From Candidatus Spongiisociaceae bacterium (lineage in GTDB: Bacteria; Actinomycetota; Acidimicrobiia; Spongiisociales; Spongiisociaceae), in NCBI GenBank assembly GCA_965262915.1, contig OZ253564.1, forward strand, positions 3,680,001-3,744,000: DNA of 64,000 bases, read 5' to 3'. The translations under genes and the position numbers were made by a program. Below are positions 17,980-28,651 of this stretch, in pieces (the stretch's first letter is position 1; every line of letters begins with the position of its first letter). The notes beneath the pieces are model-generated. The model was not told the DNA's origin. It saw only the letters and a list, made by a program, of their open reading frames with translations, and ran no database searches.

Positions 17980-18981
17980 TCACCACCCGAGAACAGCAGC
18001 CGCGTGGTCGCCCATGATGCCCTCCAACTTGTGCTGAGGGATAGGGTCGAGGCCCAGAGGCTCGGCATGGTCGTTGATCGTGAGGAGTTTCTCCCGCAGC
18101 ACCACCGGGTCATAGAGGAATCCGGGATAGTCCGAACCGAAGAACAGCTTCTCCAGGGGAACGAAGAACGGCTCGGCCTTGTGCAGGAAGGAGAACAGCT
18201 CCCTCGGGCTGAGCGCCGCGATGAGGTAGGAGAGTTCGCCGTAGAAGTTGGGATGCTTGGTGAGCAGGAAGAGGGCCTCGTCCTGCCACGGGATGCCCAT
18301 GTGGGCGATGATGACGGTGAGGTCCCGGAACTCCCTGCCGACGTCGTCGAGCAGCGCCGGGCGCCCGAGACCGAGGGAGGCGTCGATCCGGGTGGAACCG
18401 GCCTGGTGGAACATGACCGGAATCCCCAGGTCGAGGGCACACTGGTACAGCGGAAAGGCAAGCTCGCGGTCGTCCGGCGACCAGTGCTGGTACATGGGGT
18501 AGAGCTTGACGCCCGACAGTCCCAGCTCCCGAACCGCTCTGGTGAGCTCCTCCACCGCCGCCTTCGGCCCCTTGTAGGCAGGGTTGACCGATGCGAAGCC
18601 GACAAGGGTGTCAGGGTCCTGACGGACGAGCCCGGCAATGTAGTCGTTGCATTTCTCGGGGTCGGGCGGTCCGTCGACTCCGGTCACGCCGGTCGGGTCG
18701 ACCGTTCCTATCAGCTGCCCGTCGAGCCATTGGGGAGACACCGAGAGCAGGACGATCCTGTCGAATCCGGGATGGTCCCGCTTGGATTCGGCGCCGCCGA
18801 TCACCGGCCAGCCTTTCCGCGAGAAGCCGCTCGCCTCCCACTCCTCCTCGGTCGGCATGCGATGGGTGGGAACGGACCCGGAACTTCGGTAGATGCAAAG
18901 GGAACCCTCCCGACCGTATTGGACCGTGAACCCCGGATCGACCGCCAAGGCGAGCACGTGAGTGTGCATATCGATCTGCAT
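17980..18981 (-). CDS. Amidohydrolase_2 family (more distant paralog)
   Basis: DMHTH, GVKLYP, PVMFHQ, IIAHMG, FFGSDYP. Confidence 0.85.
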   Translation of the reverse strand: MQIDMHTHVLALAVDPGFTVQYGREGSLCIYRSSGSVPTHRMPTEEEWEASGFSRKGWPVIGGAESKRDHPGFDRIVLLSVSPQWLDGQLIGTVDPTGVTGVDGPPDPEKCNDYIAGLVRQDPDTLVGFASVNPAYKGPKAAVEELTRAVRELGLSGVKLYPMYQHWSPDDRELAFPLYQCALDLGIPVMFHQAGSTRIDASLGLGRPALLDDVGREFRDLTVIIAHMGIPWQDEALFLLTKHPNFYGELSYLIAALSPRELFSFLHKAEPFFVPLEKLFFGSDYPGFLYDPVVLREKLLTINDHAEPLGLDPIPQHKLEGIMGDHAAAVLGW

Positions 18982-19193
18982 GTACCGCCCCTTTCTCCTT
19001 CGTATCGGCGCTACGAACCACCCTAACCGGTCACATCAGGACGCATACGGGGAAACAGCGAACGTTGTGGACTGCTTCGCGTTCAAGGCGCGAAGTAAGC
19101 TCCGCTCAAGGAACCGAACCGGCCGGTTCGGGAGACACTGCGGGATTCCCGGGGCCGGTTTTCGGATACACAGAAGCCGAAAGGACGGGACAG

Positions 19194-20792
19194 ATGTCGC
19201 GATATCTCATCGTGGGCAATCCGGTGGTCACGCTTGCCGAGGAGGCGTTCATCACCGATGGCGCGCTGATCGTCGAAGGCAAGAAGATCGTCGAGTCCGG
19301 ACCGCGGGCCGACCTCGAGTCCAAAGGCCCCTTTGACCGCATTCTCGGTTCTCCCGACCACTTCGTCATGCCCGGCTTCGTCGCCTCCCACTATCACTCC
19401 GAGTCGGCACTCGGTCCGGGACTCTGGGAGATGCTCTTCGAGCGGGCAAACATCTACGTGCATCCGGTTTTCAAGCCGATGGACGAGGAGATCATGTACA
19501 AGGCGATCCTCGTCACCCTCATGACCGCGGTTCGGGGAGGCATCACGACCACGGTCGATGCGTTCTACGGACGGCCCGGTCCGAAGAACTTCGGTATGAA
19601 CAACGCCTTGCAGGCGTACGAGGACCTTGGAATGCGAACCGCGCTCGGGATCACCCTGCGCGATGAGAACCTGTATGTCCACGAGGCCAACGAGGACTTC
19701 CTGAAACGACTCCCCGATCAGTTGGCCGAAGAGGTTCGCGACTCCCCTATGGGGTATGCCCTACCCGCGGACGATCTGATAGCCGCGTACCAGGATGCCG
19801 CCGGGACATGGGACCGCCGAGACGACCGGCTGCGCGTCCTGCTCGCTCCGGACTGGACCCCGGCCGTATCCGACGACCTGTACCGGCGCTGCCGCGCCAT
19901 CGCCACAGAATACGACACCGGGATCATGACCCATTGCCTGGAGACCCGATCCGAGATGCAGTACAACATAAGGCGTTTCGGTGTCACCGGCATGCAACGG
20001 CTGCACGACATCGGCCTCCTCGGGCCCGATGTGTCGCTCTCCCACTTCGTCTGGGCCACCGACCGCGACATCGAGATCCTGGCCGACAGTGGGGCTGTAG
20101 CTGCAAGCAACCCCGGCTCGAACCTGCGGCTGAGCACAGGGGTGTGCCGGGTACGCGACATTCTCGACGCCGGTGGAGGGCTGGCCTTCGGTACCGACGC
20201 CATCTCGTTCTCCGATCGCGACGACATGCTTCAGGAGGTTCGTCTTGGCGCCTACCTCCAGCGGCTACCCCGCGGCCCCGAACCGGAGCACGGTCGGCTG
20301 AACTCCGAGGCGCTCCTGCGCTCCGCGGCCACGTACGGGGCACGGGCCGCCCGCGCCGAGGATCGCATCGGCAGCCTGGCGGTAGGAAAGGACGCCGACC
20401 TGCTCATCCTCGACCGCAAGCGGGTCTTCGAGAGACCGGCGCGGTTCTACATAAGTCCGGTGCTCGACGTGATACTGGACCGGGCCGAGGGGACCGATAT
20501 CGAGACGGTGCTCATCGCCGGCAAGGTGGTTCTCGACAACGGCGAGATCACCACTCTGAACGAACAGAAGATCCGGGACGAGTACAACGAGGAGATAGCG
20601 AGGGGGCTGTTCGAGCTGGCCGAGCCTTGGGACCGGTGGGCCGAGTTGGCGTTCGAGGTCGAGCCGTACCTGTTCGACTTCTACCGCCCGTGGGCGGAGG
20701 AGCCGATGATCCCCGGCTACGAGTACAACACGACCACCGGCCCAATCGGCTTCCGAGGCGGGCACCGGATCGGAGGAGGTGACATCCGATGA
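19194..20792 (+). CDS. Deaminase-like amidohydrolase, paralog B
   Basis: PGFVASHYH, APDWTPA, THCLE, HFVWATD, NPGSNLRLSTG, FGTD. Confidence 0.85.
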   Translation: MSRYLIVGNPVVTLAEEAFITDGALIVEGKKIVESGPRADLESKGPFDRILGSPDHFVMPGFVASHYHSESALGPGLWEMLFERANIYVHPVFKPMDEEIMYKAILVTLMTAVRGGITTTVDAFYGRPGPKNFGMNNALQAYEDLGMRTALGITLRDENLYVHEANEDFLKRLPDQLAEEVRDSPMGYALPADDLIAAYQDAAGTWDRRDDRLRVLLAPDWTPAVSDDLYRRCRAIATEYDTGIMTHCLETRSEMQYNIRRFGVTGMQRLHDIGLLGPDVSLSHFVWATDRDIEILADSGAVAASNPGSNLRLSTGVCRVRDILDAGGGLAFGTDAISFSDRDDMLQEVRLGAYLQRLPRGPEPEHGRLNSEALLRSAATYGARAARAEDRIGSLAVGKDADLLILDRKRVFERPARFYISPVLDVILDRAEGTDIETVLIAGKVVLDNGEITTLNEQKIRDEYNEEIARGLFELAEPWDRWAELAFEVEPYLFDFYRPWAEEPMIPGYEYNTTTGPIGFRGGHRIGGGDIR

Positions 20793-21457
20793 CGAGCGTG
20801 TGCGATTCACTCCGGGACAGCTGCAAGGCGATCTGGCACGAACTCCACAACCATCCGTTCGTAGCGGAGATGGCGGCGGGCACCCTCCCGGAACGGAAGT
20901 TCGCCTTCTACATAGGCCAGAACATCGTGTTCCTCCGGGAACTGGCCAGAGCGATGGCCCTCGGAGTGGCCAAGGCTGATGACGAGGACACGATGCGGGA
21001 TTTCGCCGCCATCGTGAGCAGCATCGTCGACTTCGAGCTACCAAAGAACCGGCAATTGCTCTCCGAGGTCCGGCAGATGGTTCCGGGTGCGACCGAGGAG
21101 GTCACGATGGCGCCCGGAACGCTGGCCTATACACGGCACCTGCTGACCGTGGCCTACGAGGGAAGGGCCGCCGACATCATGGCCTCCCTCACCCCGTGCG
21201 CCTGGAGCTACGGGGAAATCGGCAAGGAACGGCTTCCCGACGCGCCCGACCATCAGGTGTACCGCACCTGGATCGAGTTCTTCGGCGGGCAGGAGTACTG
21301 GGACACACTCGAAGAGGTGAAGGCGAAGCTGGAACGGTTGTGCCAGGGGATGAGCGAGTCGGAGTTGGCCAGGATCCACGACATCTTCCGCACCAGCAGC
21401 CGCTTGGAGCAGATGTTCTGGGATATGGCCTACAACGAGAGCGCCTGGCCGGTCTGA
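20789..21457 (+). CDS. tenA: TenA / thiaminase II family protein (Cys-type, QN variant)
   Basis: 'HPFV..M..GTL', 'PCAWSYGEIG', 'Y..WI..F', 'LE..FWDMAY'; start overlaps the deaminase stop. Confidence 0.85.
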   Translation: MTSVCDSLRDSCKAIWHELHNHPFVAEMAAGTLPERKFAFYIGQNIVFLRELARAMALGVAKADDEDTMRDFAAIVSSIVDFELPKNRQLLSEVRQMVPGATEEVTMAPGTLAYTRHLLTVAYEGRAADIMASLTPCAWSYGEIGKERLPDAPDHQVYRTWIEFFGGQEYWDTLEEVKAKLERLCQGMSESELARIHDIFRTSSRLEQMFWDMAYNESAWPV

Positions 21458-21467
21458 GTCCCTCCGG

Positions 21468-23501
21468 ATGACCTGGACCGTCGCCATCGACATCGGTGGC
21501 ACCTTCACCGATGTGGTAGCGGACGACGAGGCCGGTCGGCGCCTCACCGCCAAGGTTCCCACCGTCCCCGCCGACCCGGCACTCGGGTTGTTGACCGCCC
21601 TCTCGGAGCTCGGCCGCCAGGGTTTGGCGTTCGACGACGTCGCTCTCGTCTTCCACGGAACCACCATCGCCACCAACGCGGTCATCAACGACAGGCTGGC
21701 CCGGGTCGTCCTCCTCACGACCAAGGGGTTCCGCGATATCCTGACCTACCGGTCGGGTTCCCGTCCCGACGCGTACGACCTTCGCCAGAGCCGTCCCAGG
21801 GAGTTCGTCCCGCGCGGTGACCGGATCGAGGTGGACGAAAGGATCAGCGGAACGGGCGTCGTCAAGGCCCTCCCTGCTTCGGAAATCAACCGGGCCGCCG
21901 ACGAGGTGATGTCAAGGAACCCCGAGGCGGTCGCCATCTCGTTCCTGTTCAGCTACCTGGACGACCGGCACGAACGGGCGATGGCCGATGCGCTCCGGGC
22001 AGCCCTCCCTGATCTGCCCGTTTCGCGTTCATCAGACGTGGCGAGAGAGTTCCGCGAGTATCCCCGCACTGTCACCACCGTCGTCAACGCCGGCCTCCGT
22101 CCGGTGGTACGTGATTACCTGGTGGGGGCCGAGCAAAGCATCCGGGAACTCGGGATACGCGGAACCTTCCTCGTCATGCAGTCGAACGGCGGCGCTGTAC
22201 CGACTGCCCGGGCCGAAGCCGAGGCCCACAAGCTGCTGGTCTCCGGGCCTGCCGCCGGCGTGGCCGGGGCGGTGGCTCTGGGGACAGCCACCGGGCGAAC
22301 CCACCTCCTGTCCCTCGACATCGGGGGGACATCGGCCGATGTCTGCCTCATCCGCGACGGGGAGGCGTCCGTAGTCCCGATGCGACACATCGACTCCCAC
22401 CCGATACTGTCGCCGTCTCTCGACATCCATTCCGCCGGCGCGGGGGGTGGGAGCATCGTCGAACTCGACCGGTCAGGCGCTCTGAAGGTCGGGCCCCGCA
22501 GCGCGGGGGCGGACCCCGGACCCGCTGCGTACGGGCTGGGAGGCGAGAACGCCACCCTCACCGACGCCCACCTCGTGGCGGGCACGCTCGGGGTACGGAC
22601 TGCCCTCGGCGGGAGCCTCACCCTCGATCGCGAAGCCGCCCTCGACGCGGTCGCCCGCGTGGGGAAACGGCTCGGTTTGAGCACCCTCGCCACGGCGGAA
22701 GGCGTGGTGGCTATCGCCGACGCCCACCTGGAAGCGGCGATCCGGAGGGTGTCGATCGACCGGGGAGAGGACCCTCGACGATATACGCTCGTGGCGTTCG
22801 GCGGAGCAGGACCGCTCCATGCCGGCCAGTTGATTCGGGATCTGGCCATGCCCGAAGCGGTCATCCCGCGTCACCCCGGATTGTTCTCGGCGGCCGGCCT
22901 GGTCGCCACCGATCTCAGGATCGACGACTCGGCCACCATACTGAGGATCATCGACCGGGTCTCGGTAGGTGAGATGGCTACCTGGTTCGAATCAACCGCG
23001 GAATCGCTGCGGATCCGGTTGCGCAAGGACGGTATCGACCACGACCGGATCCGCCTGCAGGCTTCCATCGACTGCCGGTACCAGGGCCAGGGCTTCGAGC
23101 TGAACGTCCCGGTGCTATCCACCGCACTCGACCCGGAGCAGGTGCGCCGTGACTTCCGCCGCGTTCACGACTCCCTATACGGCCACGTATCGGACGAACC
23201 CGTCGAAGCCGTCACGCTGCGTATGTCTGCTTTCGGCGCCCTACCCGTCGGGACGGCGCCTTCAATTGACGATGCCTCCCGTGCTCCGCAACCTGTTTCC
23301 ACCCGGACTATGAAGCTGCGGGAGATGCCGCGCCCCGCCGAAGCCCCCGTCTACTTCCGTGAAGATCTCGGCACCGGCGCCCGGCTGCCAGGACCCTGCA
23401 TCGTCGAGCAGCCGGACGCCACCACCGTGGTACTCACCGGCCAGGCAGCCCGGGTGGACGGGTACGGCAACCTGTGGATCCGGGAAGCGACCGATGCGTA
23501 G
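21468..23501 (+). CDS. Hydantoinase/oxoprolinase subunit A
   Basis: DIGGTFTD, HGTTIATNA, SGPAAG, DIGGTSAD, GAGGGSI, GPRSAGADPGPAAYG, FGGAGPLH. Confidence 0.9.
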   Translation: MTWTVAIDIGGTFTDVVADDEAGRRLTAKVPTVPADPALGLLTALSELGRQGLAFDDVALVFHGTTIATNAVINDRLARVVLLTTKGFRDILTYRSGSRPDAYDLRQSRPREFVPRGDRIEVDERISGTGVVKALPASEINRAADEVMSRNPEAVAISFLFSYLDDRHERAMADALRAALPDLPVSRSSDVAREFREYPRTVTTVVNAGLRPVVRDYLVGAEQSIRELGIRGTFLVMQSNGGAVPTARAEAEAHKLLVSGPAAGVAGAVALGTATGRTHLLSLDIGGTSADVCLIRDGEASVVPMRHIDSHPILSPSLDIHSAGAGGGSIVELDRSGALKVGPRSAGADPGPAAYGLGGENATLTDAHLVAGTLGVRTALGGSLTLDREAALDAVARVGKRLGLSTLATAEGVVAIADAHLEAAIRRVSIDRGEDPRRYTLVAFGGAGPLHAGQLIRDLAMPEAVIPRHPGLFSAAGLVATDLRIDDSATILRIIDRVSVGEMATWFESTAESLRIRLRKDGIDHDRIRLQASIDCRYQGQGFELNVPVLSTALDPEQVRRDFRRVHDSLYGHVSDEPVEAVTLRMSAFGALPVGTAPSIDDASRAPQPVSTRTMKLREMPRPAEAPVYFREDLGTGARLPGPCIVEQPDATTVVLTGQAARVDGYGNLWIREATDA

Positions 23502-25125
23502 CCGGAGACTCGATCCCGTGACCTACGAGTTGATCCACAGCCGGTTGCTCCACTCGGCCCGCGAGATGGCGGTGATCCTCAAGCGGTCCAGTCACAGCCC
23601 GATCATCAGGGAGATGGAGGACTTCAGCTGCGCGATATTCGCCCCGAGCGGAGAATCGGTGGCTCAGGACGAACGGATCCCCGCGCAATTAGGAGCGATG
23701 TCGCTGGCGGTCCAGACCTGCATCGCCGAGTTTCCGGAACCCGGAGACATACAGCCCGGAGACGCCTTCCTGCTCAACCATCCTTACATGGGATGCATGC
23801 ACACGCCGGACCTGAACCTGATCATGCCGGTGTTCGCCACAGGCGTGGTGGTGGGATGGGCCGGATCGACCGCCCATCACGTCGATCTGGGCGGTCCCAC
23901 ACCGGGCACCCTGGCGCCCCACCACCGGGAGCTCTATGCGGAGGGCCTGATCTTCCCGCCCATCAGGCTATACCGGCGGGGTGAGGAGAACCGGGACCTG
24001 TTCCGGATGATCGCCGCCAACGTACGGGACCCGAGAGGGCTGGTGGCGGACCTGCGAGCCCAGCACGCCTCGTGCCTGACCGGGACGAGAGCCCTGCTCC
24101 TCACGATGGAACGCTACGGAACCGACCAGGTTCTCGCCGCCTTCTCCGAAATCCTGGACCGGACCGCCCGGCGCACCCGGGCGGCTCTGGGGAACCTCGA
24201 AGACGGGCAGGCGGTCCGCACCGGTCACCTCGACGATGACGGCCTCGGGAGCGCTCCGGTACCGATCCGAGTGCGGCTCTCCAAGTCCGGCGAGGAGTTG
24301 GATGTGGACTTCACCGGGTCTTCAGCCCAGGTGGACGGCGCGCTCAACGTGCCATGGGCCAGTACCCGAGCCTGTGTTGCGTACCTGGTTCGTACGATGG
24401 TGGGCCTCGACATTCCCTCCAACGACGGCTTGCTGGCCCCCGTATCGATCACTTGCCCGCCGGGCACCATCCTCAATCCCCGTTTTCCTGCTGCGGTCTC
24501 CGTACGTCACAACACGTGCCAGGTGGTCGCCGACACCCTCATCCGGGCGGCCTCCGACCTGTGGCCGTCCCGGGCGGTGGCGAGCAGCAGCGTGACCTTC
24601 TTCGGCTTGCAGATCGGCAGCCGGTCTCCCCGGACCGGGGAGACCGCCGTGCTCATGGAGGTCGTAGGTGGCGGGACGGGCGCCCACGACCACAGCCGGG
24701 GTATCGACGGCGTCGACACCTACATGTCCAACGTGGCCCTCCTACCGGTGGAGGTGGCCGAGACCGAATACTCTGTGCGGATCCTCAAGAGCGAACTCGT
24801 CGGGAACTCCTCCGGTGAGGGACGGCTCTCCGGAGGACTCGGCATCCGCCGCGAGTACCAGATCCTGGACGTTCCGCAGATCGCCACGCTCTACTGCGAG
24901 CAGGCGATCGACGAGCACCGACCTCAGGGAGCCGAGGGAGGTGACGATGCCCGGCCCACCCGGGTCACGATCGTGGGACCCGACGGAGGGGTCCTCTCCA
25001 CAGCCTCCAAGATCTCGACCTCGTTGCCGCCCGGCTCGGTGATCAGGGTGGAGACCAGCGGCGGCGGCGGCTACGGACCGGCTTCGACCGCGGGCACGAC
25101 TTCGGAAACGGCCCGCTCCAGTTGA
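23494..25125 (+). CDS. Hydantoinase/oxoprolinase subunit B
   Basis: 'DPVTYELI', 'SPIIRE..DFSCA', 'NHPY.G..HTPD', 'HHVDLGG', 'GGGGYG'. Confidence 0.9.
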   Translation: MRSRRLDPVTYELIHSRLLHSAREMAVILKRSSHSPIIREMEDFSCAIFAPSGESVAQDERIPAQLGAMSLAVQTCIAEFPEPGDIQPGDAFLLNHPYMGCMHTPDLNLIMPVFATGVVVGWAGSTAHHVDLGGPTPGTLAPHHRELYAEGLIFPPIRLYRRGEENRDLFRMIAANVRDPRGLVADLRAQHASCLTGTRALLLTMERYGTDQVLAAFSEILDRTARRTRAALGNLEDGQAVRTGHLDDDGLGSAPVPIRVRLSKSGEELDVDFTGSSAQVDGALNVPWASTRACVAYLVRTMVGLDIPSNDGLLAPVSITCPPGTILNPRFPAAVSVRHNTCQVVADTLIRAASDLWPSRAVASSSVTFFGLQIGSRSPRTGETAVLMEVVGGGTGAHDHSRGIDGVDTYMSNVALLPVEVAETEYSVRILKSELVGNSSGEGRLSGGLGIRREYQILDVPQIATLYCEQAIDEHRPQGAEGGDDARPTRVTIVGPDGGVLSTASKISTSLPPGSVIRVETSGGGGYGPASTAGTTSETARSS

Positions 25126-25967
25126 GCGATGTGGTCGCCGGCCGACTCGATACCAGGCATGTAGCTGGTGAAGAAGGAAACGTCGGTGGCTCCTAGGGCG
25201 GCCATCCGGCGCACGTTCGAGATGATGCGGTCGGTGGGCTCCTCGGGCCCCAGACCCACCGAAACGTGCAGCCGGAGAGCGTCGGCGCTGCGGCCCGCCT
25301 CGGCAGCCAGGCGCCGGATCTCCTTCCACGAGGCGCCGATCTCATCGACTGTCTGGACCGGCCTCGACAGCCATCCCACGCCGTGCTCCACCACCCGCCG
25401 GAATACGGGTGGGGTGGTGCCGCCGAACCACAACGGCGGGTGCGGCTTGGTCACCGGCTTGGGTTCCATTCCCATGCCATCCACCACATAGAAGCGCCCG
25501 TCGAAGTCCACCCGGTCACGGGTCCAGAGCAGCTTCATGAGCTCGATTCCCTCGTCCATGCGCCGGCCCCGCTCGGTGAAGGGGACCTCCAGCGCGTCGT
25601 ATTCCTCCCGGTGCCATCCGATCCCGAGGCCGAGTTCGAGCCGCCCTCCGGAGAGGCTGTCGACCGCCGCCGCCTGCTTCGCCACCACCGCCGGTCCCCG
25701 CTGGGGCAGGATCACCACGGCAGAACGCAGGGCGATACGTCTGGTCACGCCTCCCAGATAACCGAGCGCCACCAGGATGTCGTGGTAGGGGGTGCGGGCC
25801 GGGTAATGCGCCCGCGGTGTCCCGTCCGCCGCCGGGTAGGCGAGCAGGACATGATCGATCAGGGTCAGGAAGTCGTAACCCTGGTCTTCTGCAGCCTGGC
25901 AGATGTCCCGCATGGCGGTGGGATCGTCGATGAGGAGAGAGTTGACGGCGCCTATCCCGTATTTCAT
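25071..25967 (-). CDS. LLM-class (luciferase-like) probably F420-dependent oxidoreductase
   Basis: 'DHV', 'AKQAA.VD.LSGGRLELGLGIGW..EEY', 'PKPV..PHPPLW.GG'. Confidence 0.85.
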   Translation of the reverse strand: MKYGIGAVNSLLIDDPTAMRDICQAAEDQGYDFLTLIDHVLLAYPAADGTPRAHYPARTPYHDILVALGYLGGVTRRIALRSAVVILPQRGPAVVAKQAAAVDSLSGGRLELGLGIGWHREEYDALEVPFTERGRRMDEGIELMKLLWTRDRVDFDGRFYVVDGMGMEPKPVTKPHPPLWFGGTTPPVFRRVVEHGVGWLSRPVQTVDEIGASWKEIRRLAAEAGRSADALRLHVSVGLGPEEPTDRIISNVRRMAALGATDVSFFTSYMPGIESAGDHIAQLERAVSEVVPAVEAGP

Positions 25968-26016
25968 CTTCACGGCTCCTTCATGATCGACATCCCGTAC
26001 CCTTAGGGAGGCTACC

Positions 26017-26116
26017 TTGTGGTCTGCCCGTGAAATGGCGGCGTGGTATGCGCCGGCAGCGAGGGGCGTCGGTGGCTGCCAGAGCATGGCAGGTTGTTTT
26101 GCGGACAGACCACTAG
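26017..26116 (+). mobile_element. MITE/REP-like element, family 1, copy a
   Basis: GTGGTCTGCCCGTGAAATGGC ... GTTGTTTTGCGGACAGACCAC-TAG; same ends at 42103 and 44190. Confidence 0.65.
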
Positions 26117-26131
26117 AGACGGAGGATCGGG

Positions 26132-27235
26132 ATGAGGACGAGAGCGGCGGTACTGCACGAGTTCAACACCCCATTGGTCGTCGAAGGGGTCGAACTCGAA
26201 GCGCCGAAAGCCAACGAGGTCCGGGTGAAGATGGTGTCGAGCGGGGTTTGCCACAGCGATCTGCACATCGTCCAAGGCCACATCCCGGTCAACCTGCCGA
26301 TCATCTGCGGCCACGAGGGCGCCGGCATCGTGACCGCGGTGGGACCCGGCCCCGCCACCGTACAGGTCGGCGACCGGGTAGTCCTCTCCTGGGTGTCGCC
26401 CTGCGGCAACTGCAATTACTGCGCTACGGGGAGCCCCGCATTGTGCATGACCGCGATCGGACCGTCCTACGAGGGACATCTCCACGACGGGACCAGCCGC
26501 TTCTCGGACCCCGCAGGCCGGGCGATCAGCCACCATCTGATGCTGTCCACCTTCTCTCAAGAGGTGACCGTGCCCGCTTCGGCGGCGATTCCGGTCCCCG
26601 ACGATGTTCCCCTCGAGCCGCTGGCGGTCATCGGATGTGCCGTCTCCACGGGGATCGGCGCGGTGGTGAACACCGGCAACGTGCAGCTGGGCGACAGCGT
26701 CGCGGTCATCGGATGCGGAGGTGTGGGCCTCAACGCCATCCAGGGAGCTCGCCTCCGGGGTGCGGGCAAGATCATCGGAGTGGACATCAACGAACAGAAG
26801 CTCGAAGCGGCCCGACGCTTCGGCGCTACCCACACGGTGAACGCCGCCGAGGACGACACCGTCGAGACCCTCATTGCCATGACGGGTGGATTGGGAGTGG
26901 ATCTGGCGGTGGAGGCGATCGGCCATCCACAAACCGTGGCTACCGCCGTGAAGTCGTTGCGTCGCGGTGGAACCGCGGTGCAGGTCGGGATCGCACCGTA
27001 CGGAACCGAGGTCTCGATCGATATGACCCTGCTGCTCGACGAGCGCAAACTCCTGGGTTGTTACTACGGCTCGCTACGGCCCGCGTTCGACATCCCCAGG
27101 TACGTAGAGCTGTACCGGGCGGGGAAGCTGCTCGTCGATGAGTTGATAACCGCCGAGATCGGGCAGGAAGACATCAATCGCGCCCTCAACCAGTTCGAGC
27201 GTGGAGAAGGTATCCGTAGTCTGGTCCGCTACTAG
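26132..27235 (+). CDS. Zn-dependent alcohol dehydrogenase (class III-like)
   Basis: GVCHSD, GHEGAG, CGNCNYC...C, GCGGVGL. Confidence 0.9.
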   Translation: MRTRAAVLHEFNTPLVVEGVELEAPKANEVRVKMVSSGVCHSDLHIVQGHIPVNLPIICGHEGAGIVTAVGPGPATVQVGDRVVLSWVSPCGNCNYCATGSPALCMTAIGPSYEGHLHDGTSRFSDPAGRAISHHLMLSTFSQEVTVPASAAIPVPDDVPLEPLAVIGCAVSTGIGAVVNTGNVQLGDSVAVIGCGGVGLNAIQGARLRGAGKIIGVDINEQKLEAARRFGATHTVNAAEDDTVETLIAMTGGLGVDLAVEAIGHPQTVATAVKSLRRGGTAVQVGIAPYGTEVSIDMTLLLDERKLLGCYYGSLRPAFDIPRYVELYRAGKLLVDELITAEIGQEDINRALNQFERGEGIRSLVRY

Positions 27236-27444
27236 CCTCAGCACCGGAACCGTCTGCTCGGGCCCTCAGAAGACGGTCACCGCACCCAGGAATCGACTGG
27301 CCTTCGTACGTGGTCTGCGGTAGGAAGGTGGCTCCGGCGAGGTCTCCGGCTGCTCGGGGTTCGAGGATGCCCAGGCGGTCATACCAACGGAGCGCGACGT
27401 CGCCTATCGGTCCCTCATCGTTGTTCTGCTCTTCCTTCGCGTAT

Positions 27445-27651
27445 TCATTCGATCACCGCACTCAGCACGGTTATCACTAATCCGGCACTACCGAGCGCCG
27501 CAGCCATGATTAGAACAGCAAGCCACCTGGTCATGCTCGTCATGCGCTGTTCCACCGTCAGCAAGGCATTGGCCATGTCGGTACGTAGCTCGGCCTGACG
27601 GGCTTCATCCTTTGCGTCCACGACAGCCACCGTAGCTGCATCGAGGGCCAT
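27445..27651 (-). CDS. Small hypothetical protein, coiled coil plus C-terminal TM helix
   Basis: 68 aa; GGAAGGAG upstream; AT-rich promoter-like region at 27680-27700. Confidence 0.55.
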   Translation of the reverse strand: MALDAATVAVVDAKDEARQAELRTDMANALLTVEQRMTSMTRWLAVLIMAAALGSAGLVITVLSAVIE

Positions 27652-27807
27652 GTCGTATCTCCTTCCGGTCTCAACGACAACTATAACATATTTCTATGCT
27701 TGCTTGCATATCGTTACTGGTTGACTAAATCAGCGTGTAGCCCCGCTTCAGCGCCGAGCAGGAACCACTCCATCCCATTCGTTGGTCCATCGAGGCCAAC
27801 AAATACC

Positions 27808-28569
27808 TCAGAGGCCCCGGCCGCCGTCCACGGAGATCAGCTCTCCGGTAACCATCCGGGCGTCCGTCGACGCCGCCCACGCTGCGACGCCGGCCACCTC
27901 ATCGGGTTGTACGAGGCGGCCCATGGGGATCGCCTCGGCAATCGCTGCGCGGCTCTCCGGAGTGTTCGCACCGCCCATGAACTCGACCAGCATCGGCGTG
28001 TCCGATGCGGCAGGGCACAGTGCCACGACCCGTATGTTCCGTGGAGCGAGCTCGAGGGCCAGGCTTCGGGTGAGAGTGGCTACCGCCCCCTTGCTCGCCG
28101 TATACGCGGCGTATCCGGGACGGGGCCGGATCGAGATGTTCGATGCGATGTTGACGATGACCGGCTCTTGCGACTGCGCCAGATGAGGTAGGGCGGCCCG
28201 GATCGTGAGGAACACGCTCCGAACGTTGATGGAAAAGATACGGTCGAATTCGGCCTCACCGGTCTCTTCGATGGGCTTGGGACGCTGACCCACCCCTGCG
28301 CAGTTCACCAGCACGTCGATCCCGCCGAGACCACGCACCGACTCCTCGACAGCACGCTCCAGATCGGCAGCCAACACCAGGTCGGCTTGTACAAGAATCG
28401 CAGTCGATCCGGTGGCGCGGATCCGGTCGGCCACAAGAGCGATGCCGTCGCCGTCGCGATCGACCAGAGCTACCGACGCACCTTCCAGGGCGTACCGCCG
28501 GCTGATGGCCGCGCCGATACCCGACGCCGCGCCGGTTACCACCGCCCTCCGACCCAGCAGTCCGGACAC
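27808..28569 (-). CDS. SDR oxidoreductase
   Basis: TGAASGIG, NCAG, YTASK, VDGG. Confidence 0.9.
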   Translation of the reverse strand: MSGLLGRRAVVTGAASGIGAAISRRYALEGASVALVDRDGDGIALVADRIRATGSTAILVQADLVLAADLERAVEESVRGLGGIDVLVNCAGVGQRPKPIEETGEAEFDRIFSINVRSVFLTIRAALPHLAQSQEPVIVNIASNISIRPRPGYAAYTASKGAVATLTRSLALELAPRNIRVVALCPAASDTPMLVEFMGGANTPESRAAIAEAIPMGRLVQPDEVAGVAAWAASTDARMVTGELISVDGGRGL

Positions 28570-28651
28570 GTCAGTCCTCCCGATTCAATCCGTGAACGGG
28601 CAACCTACCAGCTACGATCCACACCCACAGGTTGAGAGAAGGAGGACAAGC

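Noticed and set aside
25071-25125. 55-bp convergent overlap of hydantoinase B and the LLM gene as antisense regulation
   Set aside because: Short tail overlaps are common in high-GC genomes and nothing else supports a function.
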